Source of the DNA: the human T2T-CHM13v2.0 reference genome, Homo sapiens
Direction: 5' to 3' (one strand)
Assembly: GCF_009914755.1 (NCBI RefSeq)
Contig: NC_060941.1
Length of the DNA: 64,000 nt
The notes below the pieces were generated by a model, which was given only the letters and a program-made list of their open reading frames with translations, searched no databases and was not told the DNA's origin. Both the position numbers and the translations under genes were made by a program. Numbering within the stretch: the stretch's first letter is position 1; each line of letters opens with the position of its first letter. Of this stretch, positions 12,428-24,889 are shown one piece after another.

Positions 12428-13324
12428 TGTGCTTGAGGTAGTTTCAAAATATGTCCACAAAAGAGGCAGAGCCTAATTCCCCTCTTCTTGAGTGTGGCCT
12501 GGACTTACGACTTAGTGCTAATTAATAAAACAAAACAGAAATGATGGTGGGTAGAGTGGATTGCATAGAAACACCCACACCCACCGCACAAATTTGATGT
12601 CCATCAGAACCTCAGAATGTGACCTTATTAAGAAATAGGGTCTTTGCAGATATAATTAGTTAAGATGAGGTCATTATGGCTGGCCCTAATCCAATGACTG
12701 GTGCTCTCAGACAAAGAGATACACCGACAGAAGACAGCCATGTGAAGATGGAGGCAGATATTGGAATGATGCATTTACAAGCCAAGGAATGCCAAGGATT
12801 GATGGTGGCCACCAGGAATGAGGAAGATGCAAGGAAGGATTCCTCCCCTAGAACCTTCAGAGGGAGCACAGCTCTGCTGACATCTTGATTTTGAATGTTT
12901 CACCTCCAGATGTGACAGGGAATACTTTTTTATTGTTTTAAGCCACCAGTTTGTGTCACTTTGCTATGGCAGCCCTAGAACATCAGCACAGGAGATCACT
13001 TCAAAGACTGTGATATAAAGGCACTGCGGCTTTCTCTGTGCTCACTCTCTCTTGGATCTCTCACTCCAGTGGAAGTTGGCTGTCAAGTCGTGAAGATATT
13101 CTAGCAGCCTGCAGAGAGGCCCCATGGTGAGGAACTGAGCCTTCTGCCATGGCCATGTGAGTGAGCCATCTTGAAAGTAGACCTTACTTTTGTGGAACCT
13201 TGAGCCAGAACCCCAGTGAAGCTGCTTCCAAATTCCTGATCCACAGAAACTGTGTGAAACTAAATATTGTTTTAAACCACTGAGCATTGACGTAATTTTT
13301 ATGCATCAATAAACAACTAGTACA
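12428..13324 (+). mobile_element. MLT1F-like MaLR LTR, interrupted by an MLT1C-like LTR
   Basis: aattcccctcttcttgagtgtggcctggactta (5' part) and gagaggccccatggtgaggaactgag...gtgagtgagccatcttg...aactagtaca (3' part). Confidence 0.75.
12551..12990 (+). mobile_element. MLT1C-like MaLR LTR (nested)
   Basis: acctcagaatgtgaccttatt..aaatagggtctttgcagat...caagccaaggaatgccaaggatt...atggcagccctagaa. Confidence 0.85.
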
Positions 13325-14189
13325 GTCCCCTTTGTTCCCTCAGATCCAATTTCCCCAACTCAAAAGTATACTCAAAATGCACTCAGCATTGAACAGATCC
13401 TTCTTCTCCTAAGGCTCTGATAACTTTTTATAACTTTATTTCCACTCCTTGTCCACCTCTTTTCCTGACAGGATAAAAAGTGGGCTTCTTTCTTGCACAG
13501 AACGCTCTGTCATATAGGCCCATCATCTCTGATATGTGAAGATTCTAAATAAAGGGCGACTGGCTTCTGTGAATGAGTTTTATTAGTTTTATTACCTTAG
13601 ATATTTCAAACGTGATCTGAAGTTTCTCATATTCCCTTGAGAAATGCTCATGGACATGAATGCTAACATTGGCATTCTACCCAGTAAGCTTTAGAGGACA
13701 TTCAAGGGAATTCACATATCTATGTGAACAGCTGGTCTCTGGTCTCCCTGATCCCTCGAGAGCCCAGTGAGGGCAGCTTGCTGCTTTAACAATTTTTCCA
13801 GTGAGGAAGGGAGAGGATACCTCACCATGGAGCAGAGAAAATGGAAGCACTTACAGACATACCACAGGTCTGCAAAGGAGGCATTGGCCTTTTGCCTGAT
13901 TTTACCCAAACTTATCAAGTGCCTGCCATGCACTGGGCACAATAAGTTAAAGGCCCATCATTATCAATCAGGAACCACCTTCCAGGTGACAACTGCATCC
14001 ATCCAATGTTGAAGAAGGAAAGGTCAGAGCAGGAGAGGAGAAGCAAATCCATTTATACAGCAGCCTCAGAACTGCAGGATCACACCCCTTGGGTGAATAG
14101 ACAAGCTCTGATGACTGTCTGAGTGTGGAAACCCTGAGCTGGGGCTGCCTATGGTCAGAAATGCCAGCCAATCTTATGTGCCCCTTGTT

Positions 14190-14360
14190 GCACAATGATC
14201 TAAGTGCTTTACAGGTATTAGCCCTGGAAATCCTCATAACAATCTTAACAGGTAGCAACTGTTATTATCCTCATTTCACAAGTGAAGACACTGAGGCATA
14301 GTAAGAGGCAAAGCTGAGTTTAAAGCTGGGCAGTCTGGCTTCAGGCCATGCCCCTCCATA
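14190..14360 (-). mobile_element. MIR SINE
   Basis: ctaagtgctttaca...aatcctcataacaatc...ttattatcctcatttcacaagtgaagacactgaggc. Confidence 0.8.
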
Positions 14361-15256
14361 TTAATCTCTCCATAGTCTTTTGAATGCCAGCAAAAAGGAT
14401 GTTTTACTCTTTACTACATCTGATTTGGAATTTTGATAAAAATGACATGAGGCAGAATTTCAAGCCTTTTAAGCAAATCATGCAAGTCTAATGCTGTCGC
14501 GCTTGCTCTACCGCTGTGGGCTGATTTGTGTCTGTGCTGGGTAGATATGTTTTAGAAAAGTACATGATGGGAGGCAGGCTCAGCTGTTTTGCGATCATGC
14601 CCTAAAATGGTTAGGAAGCCAGTGGCTGACAGGGATCAATGTAGCACTGTGAACAAGTCTAAATAAATGTTAATGTAATATTTTGGGATGAAATTAATTA
14701 GGTGTGCTGATAGTTGCCTGATGAGGTAGGCAGATCAGTATGATGTGGAATAATATGGACAGTTTAGTGTTATATAATAAACCCAAAACCATCCTATGAC
14801 GCCCTGGATGACAGCTAGGGAATCTCTGGAGCTCAACATAGATTTTCTTTAAATAGAGGCTGGTAACTAAAAGAGATTCTGAGTCTCACATCAGCTGCAC
14901 TGCATCAGCCCTCTTTCCTTAATCTGTGGTTCCAAATAATTTTGTAAGTAGATAAAATTCTGAACCCACCCAATAATAATATAACCAGACAACTAATACT
15001 GCAATCTTCCCTCTTGCAGGGAAATCGCTCCAGAAGGCAAATGAAGTAGTCTCCTTTTTAAGCATCCTCTGCTTTTCTGTTAAAGTTTGTCTCATTGCAG
15101 GAATCACAGCAGCTTTTGACAGCCTGGGGGTGGTGAATGGACTTCTGGATATTTGGAGAATGCCAAAATCCTGTTATGTCTGTTATTGCAGTGTACCCTT
15201 GAGTACAGTCTCCCCAACTTTTTTCAATATCATGGTCACTTGGGATATGATAATAA

Positions 15257-15425
15257 CGCATATCATCTAATTCCAAAATGCACTTCTTTGCATGATAAAA
15301 TCTCTTAAGTTGGGATATATCTTACAATTGTGAGCACCTTACAATTGCTGTCATCTTGGCAGCAGGAACATGGTACATAAAATCATCCTGCTTCTTATAA
15401 TGGCAGGAATCAGTGGGATATGGTA
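15257..15425 (+). mobile_element. MER104/Kanga-like Tc2 DNA transposon relic
   Basis: ttccaaaatgcac...ttgggatatatcttacaattg...cttacaattgctgtca...gggatatggta resembles the MER104/Kanga1 consensus. Confidence 0.55.
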
Positions 15426-15752
15426 TTTGTGCAGCATGCTGGGGTAAATGCATTAGGCTTCATCTGGTTGGAGGCAGCCTTCCATGGGTCTCTGTAACCA
15501 AAGCTTCTAGACAGCACCCCTTGGGGACTGAGAAGCTCAATCTCTCAGGTGCCTCTGTGATTCATCTGTAACAACTCAGGAGTGTGTCCTGAGACTTGTC
15601 TCCTCAAGTCTGAGCCACCCTATCTGTGAAACAGAGATCAGAACAGCACTTTCCAGACGAGACCTTTTGGGGACCTTCTGCAACTTTATGTGCACAAAGT
15701 ACCTTTCATATAATCTGACATCAAGGAATTTCAGTTACTGCTATTGGCTTTA

Positions 15753-16106
15753 CAGAGCCAGGGCTAGGTTAAGGCAATTGAGGCATTCACCTTGGGCACA
15801 AAATTTAAGAGGTGCCAAAATCTCAGTGATTGAGATAAGTAATATTTTCATGCAATATTTTTAAAAGCCAAAATCAATGCAAGAAAGGATGAAAAAATAA
15901 AAATTTTAAACAGAGACAGGATCCAGCTCTTCATTTGGTTGATGCATCTCATTGACTTATCCTGGTCTTAGTCCATTCAGATTCTGTCTTGAATACTTCA
16001 AATATTGCATTAAAATGCTATTTATCTTGATTACTAAGTTTTTTTGGTGTCCCCTTAAATTTTGCACCTGAGGCTTGTGCCTCACTCCTCTCACACTCAT
16101 GACTCT
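15753..16106 (+). mobile_element. MER96B-like non-autonomous DNA transposon with long terminal inverted repeats
   Basis: Left arm gcacaaaatttaagaggtgccaaaa..tgagataagtaatattttcatgcaatattt mirrors right arm aaatattgcattaaaatgctatttatcttga..tttggtgtccccttaaattttgcac. Confidence 0.8.
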
Positions 16107-16504
16107 GGTGATATTTCTGATGCATCTGATGATTGTTTCTAATTGTGCCTAAATTGGTCTGATATTAACTATCTGTTGACTCATATACTCATTCAGCAAG
16201 CCTCCAATCTGTTCCAGGTGCTGTGGCAGGCAATGGAGATACACAGCACTGGCCTGTGGAGAATGCACATAAGCAAACAAACATGTGCCATATATTCTTT
16301 AGGGCTGTCGTGAATGCATCTATTCATTGATTCACTCCAAAATGTTCAGCAAGCACCTCCTCTGAGTGTGCCCAATATGAGCCTGGGACAACTGGAGTCA
16401 CAGGAAGAAAATAGTCACTATGTGAGTCAGTGTTTCCTTACAAAACATTTATAGTGGCCGGAGGCAGTCGTGAGAAATCCTTTTGAAACTAAAAAATTGC
16501 TGTG

Positions 16505-16790
16505 GGCAGGGCATGGTGGCTCATGCCTGCAATCCCAGTACTTTGGGAGGGCAAGGCAGGAGAATCACTTGAGTCCAGGAGTTCTTGACCAGCCAGGGCA
16601 AAATCGCGAGACCCTGTTTCTAAAATAATAATACAAATAGCTAGACATGGTGGTGCATGCCTGTGGTCTCAGCTACTCAGGACACTGAAGCAGGGGGACT
16701 TCTTGAGCCCAGGAGGCCGAGGATGCAGTGAGCTGTGTTTGTACCACTGCATTCCAGCCTGGGTGACAGAATGAGACTGACTGACTGTCT
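16505..16790 (+). mobile_element. AluJ
   Basis: Dimeric Alu with J-type cttgagtccaggagtt, gagaccctg, cttgagcccaggagg; tail replaced by TC/TA-rich repeat. Confidence 0.9.
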
Positions 16791-16805
16791 ATCTCTGTCT
16801 CTCTT

Positions 16806-16943
16806 TATATGTATTTATGTATATATGTGTATATTTATGTATATATATGTGTGTGTATATATATAAATATAAAAACTTAGTTTTTTATATATATACATAT
16901 ATGTATATATATATACATATATGTATATATATATATACATATA

Positions 16944-16985
<42 letters not shown>
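16806..16985. repeat. Compound (TA)n/(TATG)n tract including (TA)17
   Basis: Direct reading; follows the AluJ 3' end. Confidence 0.95.
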
Positions 16986-16989
<4 letters not shown>

Positions 16990-17189
16990 TAAGTTTTTTG
17001 GAGTCCTTTTAAATATATGTAGTTGTAGCTAGCTCACATGCATCACCTACCACAGTGCCTAGCACATAAGATACACTTAATAAAATGTTTGTTGAATGAC
17101 CATTCAAATAAATGGCTTCCTATAAGTAAGATGGAGATGACAAGGTTACACTATGCCCACCTAGAACCCCTTTGAGTGCCTTGGATGCT

Positions 17190-17375
17190 GGAGGGCTTGG
17201 TGCAACGGAAAGATCTGTGATCAGTAGATCTGAACTTGAAACCTGGCTTCACCATTCATTAGCTGTGACGACCTTGGTCAATGTATTTAATCTTTCTGCA
17301 ACTATTTCCTTTAATAAGGTCAATACTACCAAATGTGCAGGTCTTTAGTGAGATTATAGATCTGCAAAGTGCTTC
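17190..17375 (+). mobile_element. MIR SINE
   Basis: ctggcttcaccattcattagctgtgacgaccttggtcaatgtatttaatctttctg. Confidence 0.75.
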
Positions 17376-18104
17376 ATAAAGAGTCTGCCTCATAGAAGAA
17401 ACTTGGTGGATGTGCATTTCTTTCTTTTCTATTTTGTTTCAGAACTTGATGGAAGGAAGTACAGGTCAGAAAGGCTGAGTTAACCCCAGGCAAAAACCAC
17501 TCGGGAAATGGGCAATGAGATATCACAGCCGCTGTCATGCCGAGGGCTGTGACCACACCAAGAATGAGACCACTCTCTTTCTTTGCATGAATACCCCATA
17601 AGCAAGTTGAATATGGGATGTGAATAATTCAAGTCCATTTCCACAAGACAGTCACAGAAGGATTGGCTTCTTCAGGAAAGATGCCAAACTGGGGTCTTTA
17701 GAACTAGCTTCCCGAAGACATGCTTCAAGGACAGGGAAATACACATGCTGTAAGCAGGGAAGTCCTGAATGCTATGGCAGAGATGCAAATTGGGGCTGTG
17801 TCATGAAAACAAAAGTTAAACCATAAAATGTCACTTTACATGCAGTTTAAGAGAGATCTATGAGAAATAAACTTTAGCAAACTGCTCACATATATCAGTG
17901 TATTACAGGTGCCTGGAAAAGCATTTCTATGAAAATATGCAGCATGGCATATGTATAAATCTGTCCTGAGTTTTATGGTTTCATATACAGAATCATAATG
18001 TATATAAAGTAGAGGAACACGGAGATCCAGTTTACTGCTTTAACCCATGCTAGTCAAATGGTCTTGGAATAATCCACCGAACTTACAAAGCAGCAAACAA
18101 GTAC

Positions 18105-18123
18105 ACTCGCCACCTAGAGGAAA
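18105..18123 (-). promoter_or_regulatory. Strong CTCF core motif
   Basis: Reverse complement TTTCCTCTAGGTGGCGAGT fits the CCnCYAGRKGGCR core; CpG retained; not inside a recognised repeat. Confidence 0.65.
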
Positions 18124-18789
18124 GCCAGCAGCAAAGGCAGGTCTGTCTGCAAGCATTTTGTAGAGTGGCAAGTGGGTGGAGAACAGAATGAGATTTCTTG
18201 ACCACTTGCAAGGGGTGAGGTCTCTGTAATAGGTGAGGTCTCTGCTAAGCACATTACATTCATTCTCTCACTTCAGCCTCCCCATAACTTTATGAGGCAG
18301 GTACTACTGTCTCCATTTCACGGATGGGAGGACCGACAGGCAAGCGTTTGAGTTACATGTGGAAGGGCACATAGGCAGCAGATATTGCACTGAAATAGAA
18401 GCCTCATGAAAGCAAGGGCCTTGCACACCACTGTATCCTCAGCTCTTAGAACAGCGCCCAACACTTAGTAAGTTCTTGGTGCATGTGTTGAGCAAGTGAG
18501 TGAAGTTGGCAAACCTGGATTCAGCTGACTTTTTGTCTGGTTTCTTCCCATAGAATCTTTGCAGTGATGACAGGAATGAAGCAGCTTATTTGTGCAGAAG
18601 AGTGAATTCATGGGAGTGCAGGGACAGCTGCAGCCTCTGAGAGGGCAGGTTATGGAGATCCTTTGGGAATTCACAGTTTAAAGGGCAAGCTGCCCCTTCT
18701 TCCCAGTGCCTGCCCTGACCATTTCTGCAGACCGCGCTGCCATACTAAATTATCCCTGTGCTCACATAGTAGCTTCTGAGGAGCAAAGC

Positions 18790-19280
18790 TGCCTAGCATG
18801 GAGTCTAGAAAGACCAAGATGCATGGGGGTGGCAGACCCAGTTCCAAGCCTCAGCACTGTCACTTATTAGCTATGTGACTTTGGAGGTATCACCTAACCC
18901 TATGAAATGAGTACATTAATGCCCATCTTAATATCTTCTAGGCTGGACAAGCTTCATAGGCTAGATAGTACTCAACTCCACAGCCTGTAACCTACGATGC
19001 AAACGGTGGCCCCTGAAGTTGTTCAACACAGCGGCCCTGCTCCTGGATGAGGACATGGGTACAGAGGAGAAAGAAGGCACAAACAGAGCCAGCCAAACCT
19101 GCATTCAAACCTCAGCTCTGCCATTCTCAAGCTGTGCCATCTTGCCTCAGTTTCCTCACCCATAAGTGGGAATAAAAGAAATATGTACCTCACGGGTTGT
19201 TTTGAGGATGAAATTAATTAATACATGTAAAGCATTTGGAAGGCATGTAGCAGGTGAATGAGAAATATTTTATTGTTATT
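18790..19280 (+). mobile_element. Two MIR copies (about 18790-18930 and 19075-19280)
   Basis: cacttattagctatgtgactttgg and ctcagctctgcc...gcctcagtttcctcacc...gggttgttttgaggatgaaat. Confidence 0.8.
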
Positions 19281-20119
19281 TTAAATTTATGATATAATTT
19301 TACTATTTTTAAAATTCTGTATTGAAGCAACTTATTTTAGGGTCTTTTCCTGAACAGATTTGAAGCTTCTGGAAGTCAAGGGTTGTATCCACTTATCCAC
19401 ATATCACCCTTTGTCTAGTGATGGGCAAATACATGGTCCTTGATAAATATTTGTTGAACTAATCTGAACCATCTGTTGTCAGATAAAATCCCTAGTCTCT
19501 TTGGCCATGTTTCCTCATGAATTACTTTCTCCTGCTTCAAACACTGGGAAATTTGAGCCAAACACTTAACTTGTTTTAGTTAAAAGGTTTAGATTTCACT
19601 GAACTTCAGATTTTGCTAAACTTTCCTTCCCCACTTTTAGTTCCATCTTAAATCCTCATATTTTGAAAGAAATTAGGAAAAGCTCTCTATGTGGCTGTTA
19701 GCCAGAAGTCCACACATAATAAAGACTTCTAGTTGAAAGGGCTTAAAAAAAATCTGCTGCTCTTCTCCTTTGGGTCATACAATTAAGTAGAAGAAATACA
19801 AAGGCAACACCTTCCACCCAGGACCCAGCCAGCATCATGCAGCCTTTAAACCTTCCAGGGCCAGTGTTAGAATCAGGGCAGAAGCACCCGGTTTGTCACT
19901 TGCAACATTCATTTGTTTGCAAGACAGTATCAGGGTGGATGGACACTCAGTCATGACCACAGCCCAGTTCCGTTCAAAGAGATTTCAGCTGCACCGAGTC
20001 AGAGGCGAGGAGATTGGGCTTGTCTGTGTTCTCCACACTATAATGATAAGTGGAGGTGATCAATTGCCAGAGAAACTGCAGACAAAAAAGCCCCCATTAA
20101 TTTTCTGAAATATTTAGGA

Positions 20120-20585
20120 ATTTGGGTAATAATTCTTGAGTAGTTAATATGTGTCACATATAGTACTATTATAGTACTACTAGGCACTTGCTTATATGTT
20201 AAATTTAGTCATCATGGCAGTTAAGGTAGGCATGATGAACCTTCAGATTACAGACTCAGAGAGGTAAAGTAATTTTCCCAAAGTCACACAGCTGAAATTT
20301 AAATCCAGGTCTGAATCTAAATGTCCTATGCTGAGTTAAACACTTGGGCTGTGGAATCAGAAGGATCTAGATGTAAATTCTAGGTCTGCCTCTTAAGAGC
20401 TGTATTGTTTGGAGGAACCTATTAAACTTTACCAATATCATTTCTACCACATGGTAAAATGAGAATAAGAACTCCACTCACAGTGTTGTTGTCAAGGTTA
20501 AGTAACATTTGGCACCTGAGTCTCTCAGCACAATGTTTGCCACAAAGTAAACAATTAATCATGTTCAGATTACTTATTACTACTT
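20120..20585. mobile_element. Antisense MIR (about 20120-20330) next to a sense MIR (about 20340-20585)
   Basis: ctcagagaggtaaagtaattttcccaaagtcacacagct followed by gctgtggaatcaga...gtaaaatgagaataa...cacaaagtaa. Confidence 0.7.
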
Positions 20586-21361
20586 TTTAAATTTACTACT
20601 CCTACATCATGCTACTTACATAATTCAGATCTCTCCCATTCTCTTAATTCTTAAGAGAAAAATGGCTTTAGAAATGTTTAATTTAGAAACCCTAATTTGT
20701 CTAAGCTGTTTTATTTAAATGAAAATGCATTCTATTTAGAAATAGGGGGGCTTTATCATATGTCCTTGGAAAAACTGAAAGGAGACAAGCGGATAGCTAA
20801 ATAGAGCTTGAGTCCACTGAGAGACATTAAACTGAATGCTAATATATTATTATATATTTGCTAATAAATTATATTTGTTGTTTAATAAAAGAGAGAATAT
20901 TTTTAAAGTCCCAATGATGATATTTAACTGCATAATAAACCCCACAGAAACTGCTAATCAGGAGTGGGGTGATTAAATACTGCAGTGATCTAATGCTGAA
21001 AGCCTTGGCATTGCCACCCGGTGTCCCTGATCCTCAGGCTGTTCTGCATAAGGCTGGACAAGGGCTGGTCTGTGGGGCATGGCCTGGAGCTTGTCTGCTG
21101 TCCCTGTGCTGGTCAGGGGCCTTGCTCCATGTGCAGGGAGTTCTGGGTAATTAGAATGTCTGTCCCAGTGATTCCTTTAAGCAGATATGGCCTGCCCATA
21201 TTGGGAATGCCCCAAACCCCAACAGAGGCACTTGCCCATGATGTTGGACTTAGCCCAGGTCACCTCTTGGTGCATTTACTCCAATCTGTGCTTCTTTCTG
21301 CTCTTGGTTCCTCAGTTCTTCAGACTCGTTAGCTCTTTCTGTCCACTGTAGGATGCCCTGG

Positions 21362-21712
21362 TGATATGGCTTGGCTCTGTGTCCCCACCCAAATCTCATC
21401 TCAAATTGTAATCTCCACGTGTCGCGGGAGGGAGGTGAATGGATCATGGGGGCGGTTTCCCCCATGCTGTTCTTGTAATAGTGAGTTCTCATGAGATCTG
21501 ATGGTTTTATAAGTGTTTGACTGTTCCTCCTTCACATGCTTGCTCTTCTGCTGCCTTGCGAAGAAGGTGTCTGCTTCCCCTTCTGCCATGATTGTAAGTT
21601 TCCTAAGGCCTCCCCAGCCATGTGGAACTGTGAGTCAATTAAACCTCTTTCCTTTATAAATTACCCAGTCTCAGGGAAGTTTTTTATAGCAGTGTGAAAA
21701 CGAATGAATACA
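21362..21712 (+). mobile_element. THE1D-like MaLR solo LTR
   Basis: TG...CA termini, tgatatggcttggctctgtgtccccacccaaatctcatctc start, gtgagtcaattaaacctcttt signal, 5-bp TSD cctgg/tctgg. Confidence 0.93.
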
Positions 21713-22559
21713 TCTGGCCTTGGTGACCTGTTATACAGGCATGCTTTATGACTCAGTCTCTGCACCTGCTCTCAGATACACTTCAGATGTTTACCTTCTG
21801 GTCCTACACTTGGCCACGGATGAGAGGCACCTTCATCTCGCCAAGATTCTCAGGGAATGATCAGCCAGTTGGCTTGCTCTACGGTTTTCTTTCTCCACCT
21901 TCCTCACGAGGTTACTCTGGCCAATGAGTGGTCCCTGGTGAGAAACTGAGGCCAAGTCAATAGGTTCACAGGGCAGGGGTGGCAGCAGCTTCACCCCTGC
22001 TGGACATTGTTAATGTTCAGTGAGGTCAGGCAGTCTTTGGTCATACAGGAGACCTAGGATTAGGTCTAGGCATTGGGAAGCAATGGCAGAGTTGTGGCTG
22101 GGAAATATTTCTCCAGGGAAGAGTGAAATGCATGTCCATGCAATTTGTAAGTTAACAGCAGGCACTCAATCTCTTGACTCTATTACTAGTGGCATGAGTA
22201 GTTTTCAGGGACTAGTTTTGTGGGTAGCTCCCCTTTAGTCTGGGAACTTGGATGAAGAGATGAGATGGCCGAGGAGTCACTTCCTAATGAAAGCAGCATC
22301 TGAGGAAGGTGAGTTCTGCACAAGTCATCATGCCAGGACTGTGGAGGGTCCCTGGAAGGCAGAGGCATCAAGTCTTGGTTCCCCTTTCTCTCTCCTAGAA
22401 GAGGGTATATGGTACAAGGCACTCTAAAGGCTTCTGGCCACGTGGCTTATGACCTAACAGAAGGAACTGGAGCATATTCAAAGCTTACTGTGGTGTCCAC
22501 AGGGGATTAAGCAAACCAGGGAATAATGTGATCATTCATCTTTCCTTAGCATTTGGTGT

Positions 22560-23015
22560 GTGTTGGGTCTGGGTCCCAGTGCTTTATCCAGCTCAGCTCG
22601 CTTAAACCTCGCAACTACCTTATGCTCTTTTTACCCCAATTTCACAGAGGAGAAAATGGAGGCACAGGGAGATTGAGTAACTGGCTCCAGGTAACTCCAG
22701 AGTCAGTGCTCTGATGCTGCCCCTCTTACCATCCATTTGGTTCTGGGGAAGGTTGAGTGCAAAACCTGATAGGAAGAGAGGTGGAAAGAGCACCAGTTTT
22801 GGATTTAAATCACCCCGGGTGTGCCTATGGCTCTGTGTCTTTCTGCTTTGTTACACTGGCAAAATTACTTTACTTTGGTTTTCTTATCTATAAAATGGAG
22901 GATAACGCCAGCTTGAAGAGTTATGAGGAAGAGGTAAAATAGTTACTGTCTCCCACCAAGCCCACAGTGCCTGGTCCACAATGAGCATTTGATATATGTT
23001 GGTTCTTATTACTAT
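22560..23015. mobile_element. Antisense MIR (about 22560-22730) and sense MIR (about 22800-23015)
   Basis: ccaatttcacagaggagaaaatggaggcacagg; ttcttatctataaaatggaggataa...cacagtgcctgg. Confidence 0.7.
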
Positions 23016-23069
23016 ACAGAAAAGCACTTTGTAAAATGTGAACTATAATAGACCTTTAAAACTCACAAT

Positions 23070-23190
23070 AGCAAGATTGTAATATGCACCATCCTTTTAA
23101 GAAATAAAGTTGAGAATTAAACTATCACACACCATTGACTATAAGACCCATCTCAACTTCAATGATGCTAAATGCAAAATATAGTATAGT
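23070..23190 (-). mobile_element. MER104-like DNA transposon fragment
   Basis: gattgtaatatgcacc...cattgactataagacccatctcaacttcaatgatgctaaatg is the reverse complement of a MER104-like end. Confidence 0.45.
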
Positions 23191-24080
23191 CGACCTAGGT
23201 GCAAAAAACTCAAAAAGCATTTGAGATCCCCTTCCACCCTAACTCCAGCAAGAAAGGAAAGAAATGCAAAGAAACAAAGACAGAACCAGTTTCTTGAGGA
23301 GCACAGTGCCTGAACCATAAAGAAAATGAAAAGCTACACACAGATGTTCATCCAGGCCAGCTTTCTGCTGGTAGGTAATGCATGAAGGCAATTAGGTGCT
23401 GGCTCGTCTCTTCAACATTCATGGAGCTGCAGAGTTTAATAACGTTGAAATCTGGTGCTACCTCAAAGTAAAAAGAGGTAATGATGAAAGTTGCAATTAA
23501 TTCCTTAAATGAATTCTTAAAATGTCAAAATTTGAACTACACAAGTAATCAGTGTACAGAAAGTGGCCACAAGGTATAGAGGAGGAAAGAGTGGGGGACT
23601 TGGAGCCTGAAGACTTTTGTCATGGTCTTTGCTTTCCTCCCTAATTGCCAACAGGATCTGAACTGGCTGATTCACCTTTGGACTCAATTACCTTATCTGT
23701 CAATGGGGGGCTGAAGGAGCAAACAGTAAGGCTCTTTCAGCTCTGAGCAGGCATGCACCTGTGCCCCGCGCAAATGTGCAAGCCTTAAGCTGAAGAGGGT
23801 ATTAGGAAAGTGAACTTTCTAATGTTTCTAGCATTCCCGACCTGTCCCCTGGACAATCCTGTCTCTTTGCTGCCAGTGCTTTCTATTTGCAGAAGGACTG
23901 ACATGCTTGATTAAAATGTCTCAAGCATATCCAATCCTAATGTATTAGATCTTTCTTTCCTCCCATGCAATAGCAGTGGCAGAAACTCTGCATTGCAAAC
24001 TCATAGTTTGTTTCCCGATGTTAATTCTGGTTATTTAAGGGGTCATCCACATGAAAACTGGTGAGGGAGACATTTCAGTA

Positions 24081-24081
<1 letters not shown>

Positions 24082-24119
<38 letters not shown>

Positions 24120-24120
24120 C
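24082..24120. repeat. (AAC)13 trinucleotide microsatellite
   Basis: Direct reading; explains the poly-Cys and poly-Val ORFs. Confidence 0.97.
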
Positions 24121-24889
24121 TCCCCTGGTCTCCAAATGCTTTACATGAGACCACAAGGAGTCTAGAAACAATATAAAAGGACAGATAGTTGTAAAGTAAG
24201 TGGCCGCCAAGGAGCATAAAAATAATGACAAGGCACGCAAATCACAGATAAACAAGTAGAAAATACAGAGCAGTGACAGGAGTAGCATAAACACCAAACT
24301 TCTGCACAAACCAGCGTTTACTTATTTATTTGGTCCACAACGAGGAGGAATACAGAGCTGAATATGCCACAATTCCCATTTCCAGTTGATTCTCACATTC
24401 TCATGGGGCAGAAAGACAGCTTCAAGATCCCTTTACTACAAGCTGCTTGTGCAGAGTCCTAGGATGGAGGTATGATGAAAGGTTATCTGGAGGTCTGAGG
24501 AACCCCAAGTTGAATCAGGGGGCTTATGAAAGGCTCCAAAGCGGGGGAGGTCAGATGGGGCTCAACAGGCTGATAAAATGGTTCTACATGTAGAGAAAGA
24601 AGGAATTGGTATTCTAAATGACTGACATAACATAAAGTCCATGGTTCAGGATAATAGTCCAGAGTGAACGGTGGCTGAATTATGGATTTTACAGATGTCT
24701 GTGTGTACATGTGTTACAGGAGACAAACAGGGAGGTTGATCTTATCTTATATGCAGTGCAGAGCAATTCACTTGTTTTGAGGAGGAAAGTGATACCACAA
24801 TTACATAAATCAAGGATTTAAAACATTATCATCATCCAAACAAATGGAAACCATTGTTTTTTATTTACCAAAGCATATATTCCATGATA

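Noticed and set aside
20161-20179. 19-bp palindrome TAGTACTAT-T-ATAGTACTA
   Set aside because: Short, AT-rich and inside a MIR; likely local slippage
24035-24309. Poly-Cys and poly-Val ORFs
   Set aside because: Translations of the (AAC)13 microsatellite
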